Positions 37,205 to 50,204 of a stretch of 64,000 nucleotides of DNA are shown here, piece by piece (position 1 is the stretch's first letter; each line of letters begins with the position of its first letter). A model generated the notes under the pieces. That model had not been told where the DNA came from and did not search any database. It worked only from the letters and a program-made list of their open reading frames with translations. Origin of the DNA: Squalus acanthias (Eukaryota); assembly GCA_030390025.1 (NCBI GenBank), contig CM059432.1:32118001-32182000 (forward strand), given 5' to 3'. The position numbers and the translations under genes are program-made.

Positions 37205-37482
37205 AAAAATTGTATTTATATAGCGCCTTTAACATAGAAAAGCGTCCCAAGGCACTTCACAGTAGCGTAATCAGACAAAAATGGACACTGAGCCAAAAAA
37301 GGAGATATTAAGGAAGAGTGATTGAAAGCTTGGTCAAAGAGGTGGATATTTAGGAGGGTCTTAAAGAAAGAGAGAGAGAGGTGGGGCAGTATAGAGAGGG
37401 AATTCCAGAGCATGGGGCTTAGGTGGTTGAAGGCACTGCCTCAGATGGTATGGCGTAGAGACGGGAGGATGCAGAAGAAGTC
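37205..37482 (-). mobile_element. L2-type LINE 3' end
   Basis: aaagcttggtcaaagaggtgg and tatttatatagcgcc motifs, shared with 57465-57970. Confidence 0.75.
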
Positions 37483-39188
37483 AGATTAAAGCTCTGCAGT
37501 CCTGCCACATCCAGTCATGAATGGTGGTGGACAATTAAACAACTAACGGGAGGAGTAGGCTCCATGAATATCCCCATCCTCAATGACGATGGAACCCTGC
37601 ATGTGAGTGCAAAAGACAAGGCTGAATCATTCACAACCATCTTCAGCCAGAAGTTCCAAGTGGATGATTCATCTCCACCTCCTCCTGAGGTCCTCAACAT
37701 CACAGAAGCCAGTCTTCAACCAATTCGATTCACTCCACGTGATATCAAGAAACGGCTGAGCGCACTGGATACAGCAAAAGCTATGGGCCCCGACAACATC
37801 CCGGCAGTCGTGCTGAAGACTTGTGCTGCATAACTAGCCGCGCCTCTAGCCAAGCTGTTCCAGTACAGCTACAACACTGGCATGTACCTGACATTGTGGA
37901 AAATTGCCCAGGTATGTCCTGTCCACAAAAAGCAGGACAAATCCAATCCAGTCAATTACCACCCCATCAGTCTACTCTCAATCATCAGCAAAGTGATGGA
38001 AGGTGTCATCGACAGTGCTATCAAGCGGTGAGGTGAGAGTGCCTGCTCTTGACATCAAGGCAGCATTTGACCGAGTGTGGCATCAAGGAGCCCGAGTAAA
38101 ATGTAAGTCAATGGGAATCAGGGGGAAACCTCTCCATTGGCTGGAGTCATATCTATCACAAAGGAAGATGGTTGTCGTTGTTGGAGGCCAATCATCTCAT
38201 CTCCAGGACATCGCTGCAGGAGTTTCTCAGGGCAGTGTCCTAGGCCTAACCATCTTCAGCTGCTTCATCATTGACCTTCCCTCCATCAGAAGGTCAGAAG
38301 TGGGGATGTTCGCTGATGATTTCACAGTGTTCAGTTCCATTCACAACTCCTCAGATAATAAAACAGTCTGTGGCGGCATGCAGCAAGACCTGGATGACAT
38401 TCAGGCTTGGGCTGAGAAGTGGTAAGTAACATTCGTGCCACACAAGTGCCAGGCAATGACCATCTCCAACAAGAGTGAGTCTAACCACTGCCCCTTGACA
38501 TTCAACAGCATTACCATTGCCGAATCCCCCACCATATCCTGGGGGTCACCAATGATCAGAAACGTACCTGGACCAGCCACATAAATACTGTGGCTACAAG
38601 AGCAGGTCAGAGGCTGGGTATTCTGCAGTGAGTGTCTCACCTCCTGACTCCCCAAAGCCTTTCCACCATCTACAAGGCACAAGTCAGGAGTGTGATGGAC
38701 TAATCTCCACTTGCCTGGATGAGTGCAGCTCCAACATCACTCAACAAAGCTCGACACCATCCAGGACAAAGCCACCACCTTAAACATTCACTCCCTCCAC
38801 CACAGATGCAACGTGGCTCCAGTGTATACCATCTACAAGATGCACTGCAGCAACTCGCCAAGGCTTCTTTGACAGCACCTCCCAAAGGCGCGACCTCTAC
38901 CACCTAGAAGGACAAGGACAGCAGGCGCATGGGAACACCACCACCTCCAAGTTCCCCACCAAGTCACACACCATCCTGACTTGGAAATATTTCACCGATC
39001 CTTCATCGTCGCTGGGTCAAAGTCCTGGAACTCCCTCTCTAACAGCACTGTGGGAGTACCTTCACCACACGGACTGCAGCGATTCAAGAAGGCGGCTTAC
39101 CACCACCTTCTCAAGGGCAATTAGGGATGGGGAATTAATGCTGGCCTTGTCAGCGACGCCCACATCCCATGGATGAATTAAAAAAAAG
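37483..39188 (+). mobile_element. 5'-truncated CR1/L2-group LINE, same family as 32232-36118, with an internal deletion near 38027
   Basis: Same ORF2 motifs, but SAIKR is joined directly to GEVRV. Intact 3' UTR with A-rich tail. Confidence 0.92.
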
Positions 39189-39189
39189 A

Positions 39190-39860
39190 AAGTTGGAGAT
39201 ACAGAGAGGTATAAGGGGCTGTAAATCTGGAGGAGGTTAGAGAGATAGGGATGGACAAGACCATGAAGGCATTTAAGCATAAGGATGATAAATTTAAATT
39301 GAATGCATTGGGGGACTGGGAGCCAATGCAGGTCAGCAAGCACGGGTTGATGGATGAACTTGGTGTGGGATATAAATTGGGCAGCAGAGATTTGGATGAA
39401 CTGAAGTTTACAGAGGGTGGATGTTGGGAGGCCATTCAGGAGAGAAATGGAATAGTTGAGTCTGGAGGTGACAAAGGCATGGATGAGAGTTTCAGCAGCA
39501 GATGGGCTGAAGCAGGGACAAAGACAGGAGATGGTAGAGAGATGGAAATAGGTGGTCTTTGTGATGGAGAGAATATGGGTTCAGAAGCTCAGTTCAGGGT
39601 TGAAACCGAGTTTACAAACAGTCTGGTTCAGCCAGGGAGGAAGATTGAATCGGTGGTAAGGGTATGGAGTTTGGGCAGGAATCGGTAGGCTTTGGCTTTC
39701 CCAATGTTTAACCACAGTAAATTGCGGCTCATCCAAGCCTGAATGTCAGACAAGCAGTCTGACAGCACAGACGCAGTGGAGGGTGTCAAGAGGGGTTGGG
39801 GAGAGGTAGAGTTGCGTGTTGTCAGCGTACATGTGCAACGTGCTCCCATGTCTACGGATC
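39190..39860 (-). mobile_element. L2-type LINE fragment
   Basis: YADNTQLY, LSDIQAWMSRNLL.LN and LHWLPVPQ.IQFK motifs. Confidence 0.8.
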
Positions 39861-40194
39861 ATGCCCTTGATGCATTCCTGATGGATAAAATCAGTAATTA
39901 CCCAGTGTGTGTCATGCACAGTGATCAAGGCCCGATATGCTAAGAGGCACAGTGGGTCAACAAACCGACTGGGCACATCCTGCACTAACAAATACCTGGT
40001 GACTTGTGCTGAGGTGAAAGCAGGTTATTGGCAGCTGCAAGAGAGTAATTACAGAGATGAATAACAACCCTCTTTATCTCTCGCAAATTGTTCATTGATT
40101 TCACCCCTGCCATTCTAGCTTCCCTTCAAATCCTTCCTACTGATTACTACGTTTCACTCACCCTCCAACAGTTTCCTGACCTCCTATGGCCCAT

Positions 40195-40702
40195 TCATAG
40201 AATCATACAGCACAGAATGAAGCCATTTGGCCCATTGTGCCTGTGCCAGCTCTTTGAAAGAGGTATTCAATTAGTCCCACTCCCCTGCTCTTTCCCCATA
40301 GCCCTGTAAATATTTCCTTTTCAATTATATATACAATTCCCTTTTAAAAGTTACTATTTAATTTGCTTCCTCCACACTTTCAGGCAGCGCATTCCAGATA
40401 TAACAACACGTTATAAAAATTCTCTTTATCGCCCCCTGTTTCTTTTGCCAATTACCTTAAATCTGTGTCCTCTGGTTATTGATCCTCCTGCCAGTGGAAA
40501 AAATTTTGCCCTACCTACTCCATCAAAACCGTTCATAATTTTTGAACACCTTTATTAATTCTCCCCTCAACCTTCTCTGCCCTACAACGAACAATCCCAG
40601 CTTCTACAGACTCTCCAATAACCTCAACACCCTCTCCAAGGCCTTGTCGTCCTTCATAAAGTGTGGCGTCCAGAATTGGTCACAATATTCCAGCTGAGGC
40701 CT
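40195..40702 (-). mobile_element. CR1 3' fragment
   Basis: Reverse complement of the family seen at 14835-15170. Confidence 0.8.
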
Positions 40703-40728
40703 AACAAGTGGGTAAGCCTAGACTCTTT

Positions 40729-41540
40729 AGGCTGGATTTTCCAAGCCCCGAGGAGGCGGGCATGGAGGCGGGACAGCCGGTAAAATCGGAGAAAGTGGGG
40801 GCGGATGGCAAACCTGCCCCCATCCCGCCTCCGTGCCCTTTTGCCAGGAGGCGGGAAGATGTGCAGCTTCGGGTCCAGTCTCCTGGAGGCGGGAAAGGCA
40901 TTTAATCCTTTTAACTGCCTGTTAACAGGTAGTTAACAGGCAGAAAAAAGGATTAGTGCCATTTTACCTTCACAGGTGAAGGCTTCCCGACCTCGGAGAA
41001 CCCCGTCGGGTTGGAGGAGACATGGAGGAGGTCTGCGGCGGTCGGAGACACCTGGAAGTAAGGTGTAGAGGTGAGTGATGGGTGCAAGTGTGGAGTGGTA
41101 AGTTTTAAAAAGTGTGCACTTACCTTGTTTTCTTTCTACGGCCTTTAGCCGCACTGGATGGGGAGAGCTGATATTCTCCTTGTCAATTTCACAATCTCCG
41201 ATCTTACAGACATGTGAAATATACAAAGTTGAAAGCTTTGATGAGTCCTCACCACAAAGTCTCAGCAAACTAAAGAGAATGGCAGTGTTTGACAGCTTCA
41301 CAGAGCTGTCAAACACTGTCATTTCTTCTTTCAAGAAGTCTTGACAGATAGCACGTCTGATGTTGACGTGATCTGTCAGTGACTTCCTCCCTAATTGGCC
41401 TGCTAAGCCCGCAGGGCGGGTTTAACAAGCTCAATCAGGGGAAAATCCCTCTGATTGGTCAGGCGAGGATGGAGGCGGGACATTGACACGACAAGCAGCA
41501 GTCCCACCTCCAACTCGCCTCCATTCACAAAATCCAGCCC
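40729..41540. mobile_element. Degenerate Harbinger-type MITE
   Basis: TIR (A/G)GGCTGGATTTT at 40729-40740 and 41529-41540. TSD not preserved. Confidence 0.7.
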
Positions 41541-42239
41541 ATGGAACCCCAACTGAACAGCCACAAACTTGGCCTGAACCTGGAGGCTCCTGCATAGCCT
41601 TATGGGGCCAGAGCTTTTGCCCAGCCCCTCTCGCCCTACAAGGCCATCAACATAAGTGAGTTTGGGGCAGGGGTGAGAGCTCCCTAGGTCGCTTGCCACA
41701 GGCCTCAGTTGGGACCTGGCATATATCATTGAAACTAGTGGAAGTTAGGCCCACCTGCGGGTCCATACTGGGATTGGGAGCCCCAAAAAATGAGGAACAG
41801 CAACATTTTGTTTAAATTTTTTCATCACCTTTCTGGGAGTCGGGGTCCTTCCCTGATCCCGCAAACTTTGGCAGGGTCACTGGCGGAGTTCAACGGTGGG
41901 GTGCAATCCCAGCGTAGCTGGTGGGATCGCGCTCCCACGGATTTTTGGGTCAGTGAGTATTGGGAGGGTGGACGATGATGGAGGCCTTGCAGCTGAGCTT
42001 GATAATGTCCTCTTCATGCATGTACAGCAGGGGAATCACTAGATAGGGACCAGCAGCAGACACCCTATCTGATTTCTTACCAGAATCAGAGCAATGGAAT
42101 ATTCGGTGGGAGGGATATATAGAGCTGGAGGAGATCACAGAAATAGGGTAGGGCAAGGCCTTGGAGGGATTTAAAGGTGAGACCACAAATAAAGTGGTGA
42201 ATCATGATTATAATAATTCTGGTTGGTTTGTATTCCCTT

Positions 42240-42880
42240 AAATAAATTTAAAACAGAAATAGATAGTTTCCTAGAGGTAATGGGAATTAGGGGTTACGGT
42301 GAGCGGGCAGGAAATTGGACAAGAGGCTGAGTTCGGATCGGTCAGGGCCCTGTGGGTGGCAGAGCGGGCCCAGGGGCTGAGTGGCCGGGTCCTGCTCCTA
42401 CTTCTTGTGTTCTTTAGATTTGAGGTTAGGATCAGATCAGCCATGATCTTATTGAATGGCGGAGCAGGCTCGAGGGGCCGATTGGCCTACTCCTGCTCCT
42501 ATTTCTTATGTTCTTATGTTCTTATGTTGAGTTTAGAAAGCTGGGAGGTGATCTCATTGAAGTGTTTCAAATGATTTTTTTAAATTTGATAGGGTAGATA
42601 CAGAGAAATTATTTCCACTGGAAATCCAGAACAATAGAATAATCTTAAGCTCGGCCATTCAGGAGTGAAATAAAGAAGCATTTTTCCACACAAAGGGTAG
42701 TGGTAATTTGGAAATGGTCGTGGATGCCGGATCAATGAAAGACTAAGATTGGTAGATCAGGTTTTGTTGGGTAAGGCTACCAAGGAATATGGATCAAAGG
42801 CAAGTAAAAAGAGTTGAGCTACAAATCAGCCCTGATCTAATAGAATTGTGAAACAGACTCATGAGGCTAAATAGCCTACA
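42240..42880 (+). mobile_element. Two adjacent CR1/HER1 3' fragments
   Basis: gatcagccatgatcttattgaatggcggagcaggctcgagggg motif with (TTCTTATG)n tail at ~42503-42526, then a second, older copy. Confidence 0.8.
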
Positions 42881-42888
42881 AGTTGTAA

Positions 42889-43350
42889 GACTTGGCTCAG
42901 TGGTAGCACTCTCATCTCTGAGTCAGACGGTTGTGGGTTCACGTCCTACTCCAGAAACTTGAGCACATAATGTAGGCTGACACTTCAGTGCACTACTTTT
43001 GGAATGCTGCACTGTCAGAGGTGCCGTCTTTCGGATGAGATGTGAAACTGAGGCCCCCATCTACCTTCTCAGCTAGATGTAAAAGATCCCATGGCACTAT
43101 TCGAAGAAGAGCAGGGAAGTTCTCCTGGTGTCTCCTGGCCAATGTTTAGCCCTCAACCAACATCACTAAAACAGATTATTTGGTCATTATCTCATTGCTG
43201 TTTGTGAGATCTTGCTGTGCGGAAATTGGCTGCCACATTATCCTACAGTACAACAGTGACAATGCTTCAAAAATATTTCACTGGCTGTGAAGCGCGTTGG
43301 AAAGTCCTGAGGTTATGAAAGACCCTATCGAAATGCAAGTCCTTTCTTTC
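42889..43350 (+). mobile_element. Near full-length Deu-type SINE
   Basis: tRNA head (tggctcagtggtagcac..gggttcacgtcc), core aaaagatcccatggcactattcgaagaagagcaggg, tail aaatgcaagtcctttctttc. Confidence 0.88.
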
Positions 43351-43885
43351 TTCTTTACTCATGTTCCTATGTTTCCTATGTCCTGTGATGTCCCTGAGGT
43401 CCAGGTGCTGTACTACACTGCGGTACGGATTGAGTAACACTAGAGCACCGAGCAACTCTGCACGTGCAAGCTTGTGCAGGATCAATAGTTTTGTAGTCTT
43501 GATTTGGTACTTTATTTATGGTCTCGCCTTTAAATCCCTCTTTGACCTTGCCCCCACTGTATCTCTGCAATCTCCTCCATTCCCTAGCGCTAACATCCCA
43601 CAACTTGAAGAGCAAAAGGAAAACTTTGTAATAGCTGTTAAGTGTATGACACCCTGGATGAGCAAGAGCAATTAGACTGTGTTACAGTGTTACACTTATG
43701 AACACATCATAAATCTTGAAAATACAAGACATAAATAATTGATATGTAAAATATTTATAATGAGCCCTCAGCTCCTGCACTTATGGCAATCAAGTTTCTC
43801 GACCTATTGAAGCCCATCAATAATGGGTAGTCAGGTGTGAACTGTGTTGATGGCAGGAAATCACAGGCTGGACTCCAGTACAATT

Positions 43886-44650
43886 GGGCCAGAAATTCGG
43901 CTCTCCGGCTTCCTGCGGGTGCAAGCATCGCACGCGTACTTGCCTACCGCGCCTGCCGTTGTGCTTTGGGCCCACGAGAATTTCGGGTCCTGGGCCTCCT
44001 GCAGCTGCCGGCGCGCAGTGCTTGCGTATCCCAGGGGCGCAGTTAGTTCGAAGCGTCCCCTGGGATCACTTGGGCCATGGAGAGCCAATCCTAGCAGGGA
44101 ATTTTCATTCATAGATTTGACAGGAAGACCTGTCAAATCTATGAATAGAGATCGGCCCCAAAACCACACAAAAACTTCAAATAAATTTTAAAAAAAACAT
44201 TACATTTTTTAAATAACTATAAATTACATAAATTAACTACCTTAAACAAATATTTAAATTTTTGAAAAAATTAATTAAACTTTTTAACGGTGCTAAAAAT
44301 AAACTTACCTTTCTTTAAAGTATGTAAAAAAGATAAACCTGTTGAAAAAATGTTTAAATTGTAATTAATTAACCACTTACCTTGTTAAAAACAGGCCTTG
44401 CGCCTCCTTTTTAAATGTGCAGCTTCTCCATACTTACCCTGACGGAGAAACCTGAAAAAAAAAACAAAGTTCACTGCGTGCGCGCAGCCTCTCCCACGCA
44501 CGCGTTCGACTTCTGAACCCCTTCCTTCAGGGGAACGGAAGTTCCGGTTTCCCGTGCATGCACAGTGCATGCAGGAAACCGGCACTTCAGGTGGCCTTAC
44601 GGGTGAGTACACAGCGCGTACTCACCCGACAAGAGCTGAATTTCTGGACC
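43886..44650. mobile_element. Harbinger-type MITE with AT-rich core (family of 10839-11580)
   Basis: TIR GGGCCAGAAATTCGGCTCT / GGTCCAGAAATTCAGCTCT and collinear interior. Flanks att/tat do not match exactly. Confidence 0.85.
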
Positions 44651-46221
44651 TATATTTTTTATTTTTTTATTCATTCTCAGGATGTGGCCATCACCGGCAA
44701 GGCTGGCATTTATTGCCCATCCTCAGATGCCCTTAACACTGTGGTGGTGGGCCTCCTTCTCGAACTGCTGCAGTCCGTGTGGTGAAGGTACTCCACAATG
44801 CGGTTAGGTAGGGAGTTCCAGGATTTTGACCCAGCGACAATGAGGGAACACCGATATATGTCCAAGTCATTATGGTGGGTAATTTGGAGGGGAACTTGAG
44901 GTGATGCTGTTCTCACGCACCTGCTGCCCTTGTCCTTCTTGTATTATAGTGCCAATAGCCTAACTGTGATGGGTCTTTCACCAATGAGGGGCCATATTTA
45001 GGATCTATGTTGCCAGTTGGAACTAAAAATCACCTCAAAATCCAGGGTTTCTTCTTGCAATCTACCAACTCTCTTTCATCTTCAATTCTCTCTCTCCCCT
45101 CTTCTGAGGGATGCTGACTCACTGGGGTACAGGTTCAAAGGCTGCAACCGTCCTCCTGTATCTTGTCCCAAAAGTAGGAAGTTAGAGAAATAATGAAGGG
45201 TTGGGGTAGAGATTTGAGGGGACAAAATATCCAAGAGGAGAGAAATCAAACGAGGCATGACTGGGTAACAGGAAGGGGAGGAGACAGGAATGAAGGTCCC
45301 AAGAGGGGTAATAAAAAGAGAATGAAAAAGGGAGATAGAAGTAATAGGCTCAGGTCTGGAGCAGCAGCCAAATGGATACAGAGGAAATTCAGGTTTCATA
45401 GGCATAGCAAAGATTAGGATAGTTATACACTGGCTGTAAACGGAGATTAGGGAGGAGACTATAAGAGAGAATCCAAAGTTAAAGTCAGAGGTCCCGTGGA
45501 GGGATGAAGTTAACTTGTAGATAACTTGGAGCACCAACAAACTAATGTCCAGGTTCAGAGATAGGCGTGGAGGGATAGTGAGTGCAGGAGCTGTTTGAGG
45601 AGCAGAGTATCAGTGGACACACTGCTAGAGGTTTTCCTGTGGAAAATGGAGAGGCAAGGTGGTGTGTAGAATCAACCATGAGCCAGCATAGGTTGATCAA
45701 GGGGTCCAGCCAAGGTGAGTAGTAGCCTCGGTGATTAGTAGTGCACACCAGCGGACCCAGTAGACCAGCGGAGGGATAAGTGGAGTCAGCGACAATAGGA
45801 AACAGGCGGAAAGCGCTGAGCAGTGGAGCAGAATCCAGACAAGGATGGGAAGCAGCAGAAGCAGGTCAGAGCTAGCTCAGCGTCGAGTGAAAAATTCCCA
45901 GCATTGGAGAAGGCAGCAGCAGGCCAGATATTAGAACTGAGATGAATCAAAGAAAAAAAAGAAAGACCCAGCAGAGAATACAGTCTTGGTACAAAACGGC
46001 GGTGACATTGGAGGTTTAGAAGCAGCGAAGAAAAGTAATTCGGCCCAGGAGAAAGTGGATTTCTGTCCAGAGTCCACACAGCAGCAAAATGAAGCTGGAA
46101 AACCAGCAGGGAAGCCCTGAGGCCATGAAAGTCGCTACATCAATGCAAATTTAGAGGAGACTTAAGAATAATACCCATTAGGGTTCAGAAAAAAAATTGA
46201 TCTTGTCATTTAGACCTGTGT

Positions 46222-47286
46222 ATACAGGAGTCTAGAACTAGGGGGCATAGTCTGAGGATAAGGGGTCGGCCATTTAAGACCGAGATGAGGAGGAATTTCT
46301 TTACTCAGAGGGTTGTGAATCTTTGGAATTCACTGCCCCAGAGGGCTGTGGATGCTGAGTCTTTGGGGGAAAAATTAGGTCGCGCCCCGTTTGGGGCGCA
46401 AATATCGTCTGGACGCAAATATTAGCGCCTGGCGCTAATTATCGCCACTGACTGGAAACTTCACTTTTACCGCCCCGGGAGGTGAGTGGAGCGCTAAATC
46501 AGGCGCTGCACACCTGTCTTAAGGCGCAAAGGCCGAGCAGTGAGGCGCTAACTCAGCGCGCGAGCGCAGCGCAGCTGCTGCCAGTTAGCGAGGGAACACA
46601 GACACACTGGCGCCGGCCAGTTCTTAAAGCGGGGGGGGGGGCAAACTGTTAGGATCAGTAGGCAAAACTACCTCACAAAGCGTTGAGTCAATGCAGAAGT
46701 CTCTCTTTCTCTCTCTCCGAATCTCTCTCTCTCTCTCAGAACGAGTGGTGCAAAAATGTCAACCACAGAAAAAGACAGGAAGAGGCCCCCTTTAAATAGC
46801 GCCCCCCCCAGCCCCACAGCGATTGATGGCGTTCCAGTCTTCCGGTCGTTGGATACGCCAGGCGGTAAGGCAGGGGGCGCCACTCAATTTCCGCTCCGGG
46901 GCGCCACAAGGGCGTTGCACCATGGAATGACGTCACAATCTGCGCGCGCAGGTGGTCGCAGCGGTAAAGTTTAGCGCCGCCGCACAATGTCTAGTTAAGT
47001 TCCGGAGCGGCGCAAACATCGCTGCGCCCGGGCGTTAGCGGCTTTGCGCCCCATTAGCGCCCTCTTAAGGCGCTAATGGGAGGCGCAACCAACTGAATTT
47101 TTACCCCTTTGAGTATATTCAAGGCTGAGATGGATAGATTTTTGGACTTTAGTGAAATCAAGGGATATGGGGATCGGGCGGGAAAGTGGAGATGAGGTCG
47201 AAGATCAGCCATGATCTTATTGAATGGCTGAGCAGGCTCGAGGGGCCGAATGGCCTACTCCTGTTCCTAATTCTTATGTTCTTATG
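46222..47286 (+). mobile_element. Young CR1/HER1 3' fragment, split by a MITE
   Basis: gatgctgagtcttt|gagtatattcaaggctgag is restored on removing the insert. (TTCTTATG)n tail. Confidence 0.88.
46365..47107. mobile_element. Young CpG-rich Harbinger MITE
   Basis: TIR GGGGGAAAAATT / GGGGTAAAAATT and 3-bp TSD TTT (46362-46364 / 47108-47110). Confidence 0.92.
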
Positions 47287-47883
47287 AGTCACTCAGACCA
47301 GTTTAACTTTCCTCCAGGAGATCACGTGGTTTTGGCCGGGGTGGAGAGTGTATATATTGTGATACACAAGGTGTCACAATTATGTGGGACAGGCTGGATG
47401 GATCAGAAGGTCTTAACCTGTCCATCCTTGTTTGTATGTTTGTATGTCTCGGCACCTATCTCTCTACTCCCCAGCACTAATGGAACCGGTGGGGAAATCA
47501 ATGGTGATGCACAGCGATGGAAAATTCAAGATCGGACCGGATTGATATTTCTAATAAAAAGGGTGAGGGGCATGACAGAGAGAGCAGTGCAGGATATTTT
47601 CCAAATTTCATGAGTAGCCAACTAGGCCTTGTCCAGCCCTGTCCAGTCCTATGTTTTCATGTGACTATATTCCAGCTTCCAGGACAGACATTGGGAGGGG
47701 GCGGGGGGGGGGGTCGATTTTCAACTTGACGCTAGGCGTAAGATTAGCATTCCGAATTGGCTGCCCATAATAGAAACCGCCTCATTTTCATTTCCATTAA
47801 GGGGAAAAAAAGCAAGAAAATGATATCAGTTTGAACTGTGTGTGTCCAAATCCAAATCCAAATCCAAATTAAACAGAAGCCAT

Positions 47884-48083
47884 CTAAGCGAGTTCACTTG
47901 ATGTTACATTTCTCTCCTGGCTCAGCGCCCATCCCTTCAACAGTTGGACTCCATGATCTGGCCAAGGTCTCACACTTTCATGTAAAATGAACTTATCTGC
48001 ACAGCTGGTCGTGCACTGGAGTTTCCGTGCAGCGCTGCTGAATGTTATGTCATTGTTGGAACGCATGTTAGCCAGCTCACACT
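47884..48083 (-). CDS. Probable terminal coding exon of an unidentified - strand gene: (E)CELANMRSNNDITFSSAARKLQCTTSCADKFILHESV...SSELA*
   Basis: Strong acceptor (tgttgtttgtttttcttttag). Phase 1 matches the micro-exon. Open to TAG at 47886-47884. Confidence 0.75.
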
Positions 48084-48146
48084 CTAAAAGAAAAACAAAC
48101 AACAGAAATATAGTACCTGAGAAAGCAAGACAATAATATTTCAACT

Positions 48147-48572
48147 GGGCAACACGGTGGCATAGTGGTTAGCACTGGTGCCTCACAGCGCCAGGGACCC
48201 GGGTTTGAATCTGACCTCGGGTAACTGTCTGTGTGGAGTTTGCACATTCTCCCCGTGTCTGCGTGGGTTTGCTCCGGTTTCCTCCCACAGTCCAAAAATG
48301 TGCGGGTTAGGTTGATTTGGCTATGATAAATTGACCCTTAGTGTTAGGGGGGGATTAAATATGTGGGGTTATGGGGATAGGATGGGATATGTTAGGGGAA
48401 ATTAAATACGTGGGGTTACGGGGGTAGGGTGGGATATGTGTACTGTGGGGATTAAAGCAGGAACAGGGTACTGGACTTGGATGATCAGCCATGATCGTAT
48501 TGAATGGTGGAGCAGGCTCGACGGGCCGAATGGCCTACTCCTGCTCCTAGATTCTATGTTTCTATGTTTCTA
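48147..48572 (+). mobile_element. HE1-like V-SINE
   Basis: Near-identical to 7533-7967 in the opposite orientation. Confidence 0.9.
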
Positions 48573-48678
48573 AAAGAAAAAAATGAAGATGGCTCCCTCT
48601 CCTAGCATGTTTGGTAAATACAGCGGCAATGTGATACTGAGCTAATCTGACTGGGAAGGCCCCAAGTTCAGAGTCCTA

Positions 48679-49389
48679 GGGCTAAAAATTGAGTAGCACC
48701 CCATTTGGGGCGCTAACTTAGCCGGGGCACCCCTGAAAAATTAGCGTCCCCGCGCCGGAAATTGATTGGTTGCGCCCCAAGAGGGAAGCGGGGTGCTACT
48801 GGAAGCGCCCCGCATCCCTCTTGGGGCGCTGCAAGTCAGTATTGCGGCGCTATGTGCCGCGGTATTGCAGGCCTTCTTCCCCTTCTTAAAGGGGAGGGGC
48901 CTTGCGCAGCACGACCCGGGGCCCAGCTGTGCCCCCGGGGATCGGTAATGCTGGCTAAAGAGCCCGGCACTCAAGAGGAGTACCAGGCTCTTGGAGCGCA
49001 GCCGGCACTCCGCGAGGGGGGCCGTTTAGGAGGCCAGGGACGGGAGCGCAGGCAGGTGCTGGCAGGTGGCCAGCAACCAAAATAGCCATCCCGCACCTCG
49101 CCTTTAAATAGCGCCTCCCCGGCCGCAGGTAGGCTCCCCTGATCCCGTCGGACATAGCGTTCGGTGGTAAGTCAGGGGGCATTCCCGAAGATCGCGAGCG
49201 GGGTGCTGCGCATGGCGATGATGTCATCGGCGGTGGCGCAGCACCGTGGGGCGCTACCAGTTAGCACCGCCGCTAACCTCCCGCTGAATTTCGCGGGAGG
49301 CGCCTCACCTGGGCGCCAGTTGCTTTGCGCCCCGTCAGCGCCCTCTTATGGCGCTAACAGGAGGCGCAAAGCAACCCAATTTTTCCCCC
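48679..49389. mobile_element. CpG-rich Harbinger MITE, reverse orientation of 21228-21972
   Basis: TIR GGGCTAAAAATTG / GGGGGAAAAATTG and CTA TSD (48676-48678 / 49390-49392). Confidence 0.92.
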
Positions 49390-49936
49390 CTAGTCTATGC
49401 TGTCAGCTGGAGTGACAATAGACAATTGGGCCCATGAGGAGACAGGAAACTGAGTCTATGGTCAACGACGAATGGAGATGAGGTGTCACTGAGGAGGGTT
49501 GGCCTGCATTGTCTAAGACTGGAACACTAGTAATCTAAAAGGAAAAATTTGCAGGGTTATGGGTAAAGAGCAGGAGAGTGGGACTAATTGGATAGCTCTG
49601 TCAAAGAGCCAGCACAGGCAGGATGGGTTGAATAGCCTCTTTCTGTGCTGTAAGATTTTATGATCAAAAGGGAGTTCGTCAGTAACCAGAGGACACAGAT
49701 TTAAGATAATTGGCAAAAGAACCAGAGGGGCGATGAGGAGAATTTTTTTTTTACGCAGCGAGTTGTTGTGATCTGGAATGCACAGCCTGAAAGGGCGGTG
49801 GAAGCGGATTCAGTAATAACTTTCAAAAGGGAATTGGATAATTACTTGAAATGAAGAAATTTGCAGAGCAGGGGGAGTGGGACTCATTGGATAGCTCTTT
49901 CAAAGAGTCGGCACACAACCGGGCATTATGGGCTGA

Positions 49937-49966
49937 TTTCCAGCATCCGCAGTATTTTGCTATTGT
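49937..49966 (+). mobile_element. 30-bp Penelope family-1 3'-tail insertion inside a CR1 3' UTR
   Basis: tttccagcatccgcagtattttgctat matches 60032-60058. 12-bp TSD ATTATGGGCTGA (49925-49936 / 49967-49978). Confidence 0.8.
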
Positions 49967-50181
49967 ATTATGGGCTGAATGGCCTCCTTCTGTGCTGTAT
50001 GATTTTATGATTCCTAGATTTATTTGGTCACCCAGCGCTTTGAGCAGTTCTTTAAAGTGACAGTGAGAAGCGTTATCAAAGAGGTGAGCAGAACTGAGCG
50101 GCATTTTAAACAGATGATTAGTAAAGTATAAAGGCTGTCAGCTTCATCCACAGAGAATCACCTGCCATCCAGTATACTTAC

Positions 50182-50204
50182 CAGCTGAGTGATCAGCCAG
50201 GGGC
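50182..50204 (-). CDS. 23-nt coding micro-exon, (T)PLADHSA(E)
   Basis: ttaatcattttttt...cctggtttag|GCCCCTGGCTGATCACTCAGCTG|gtaagt. Phases 2 and 1 link the flanking exons in frame. Confidence 0.75.

Noticed and set aside
45060..46130. Purine-rich segment with ORFs 45082-45540 and 45786-46079
   Set aside because: Probably an ancient retroelement remnant, but no motif could be identified to support a call.
48147..48225. tRNA gene
   Set aside because: tRNA-derived head of a SINE, continuing into V-domain and LINE tail; the same holds for other A/B-box hits.
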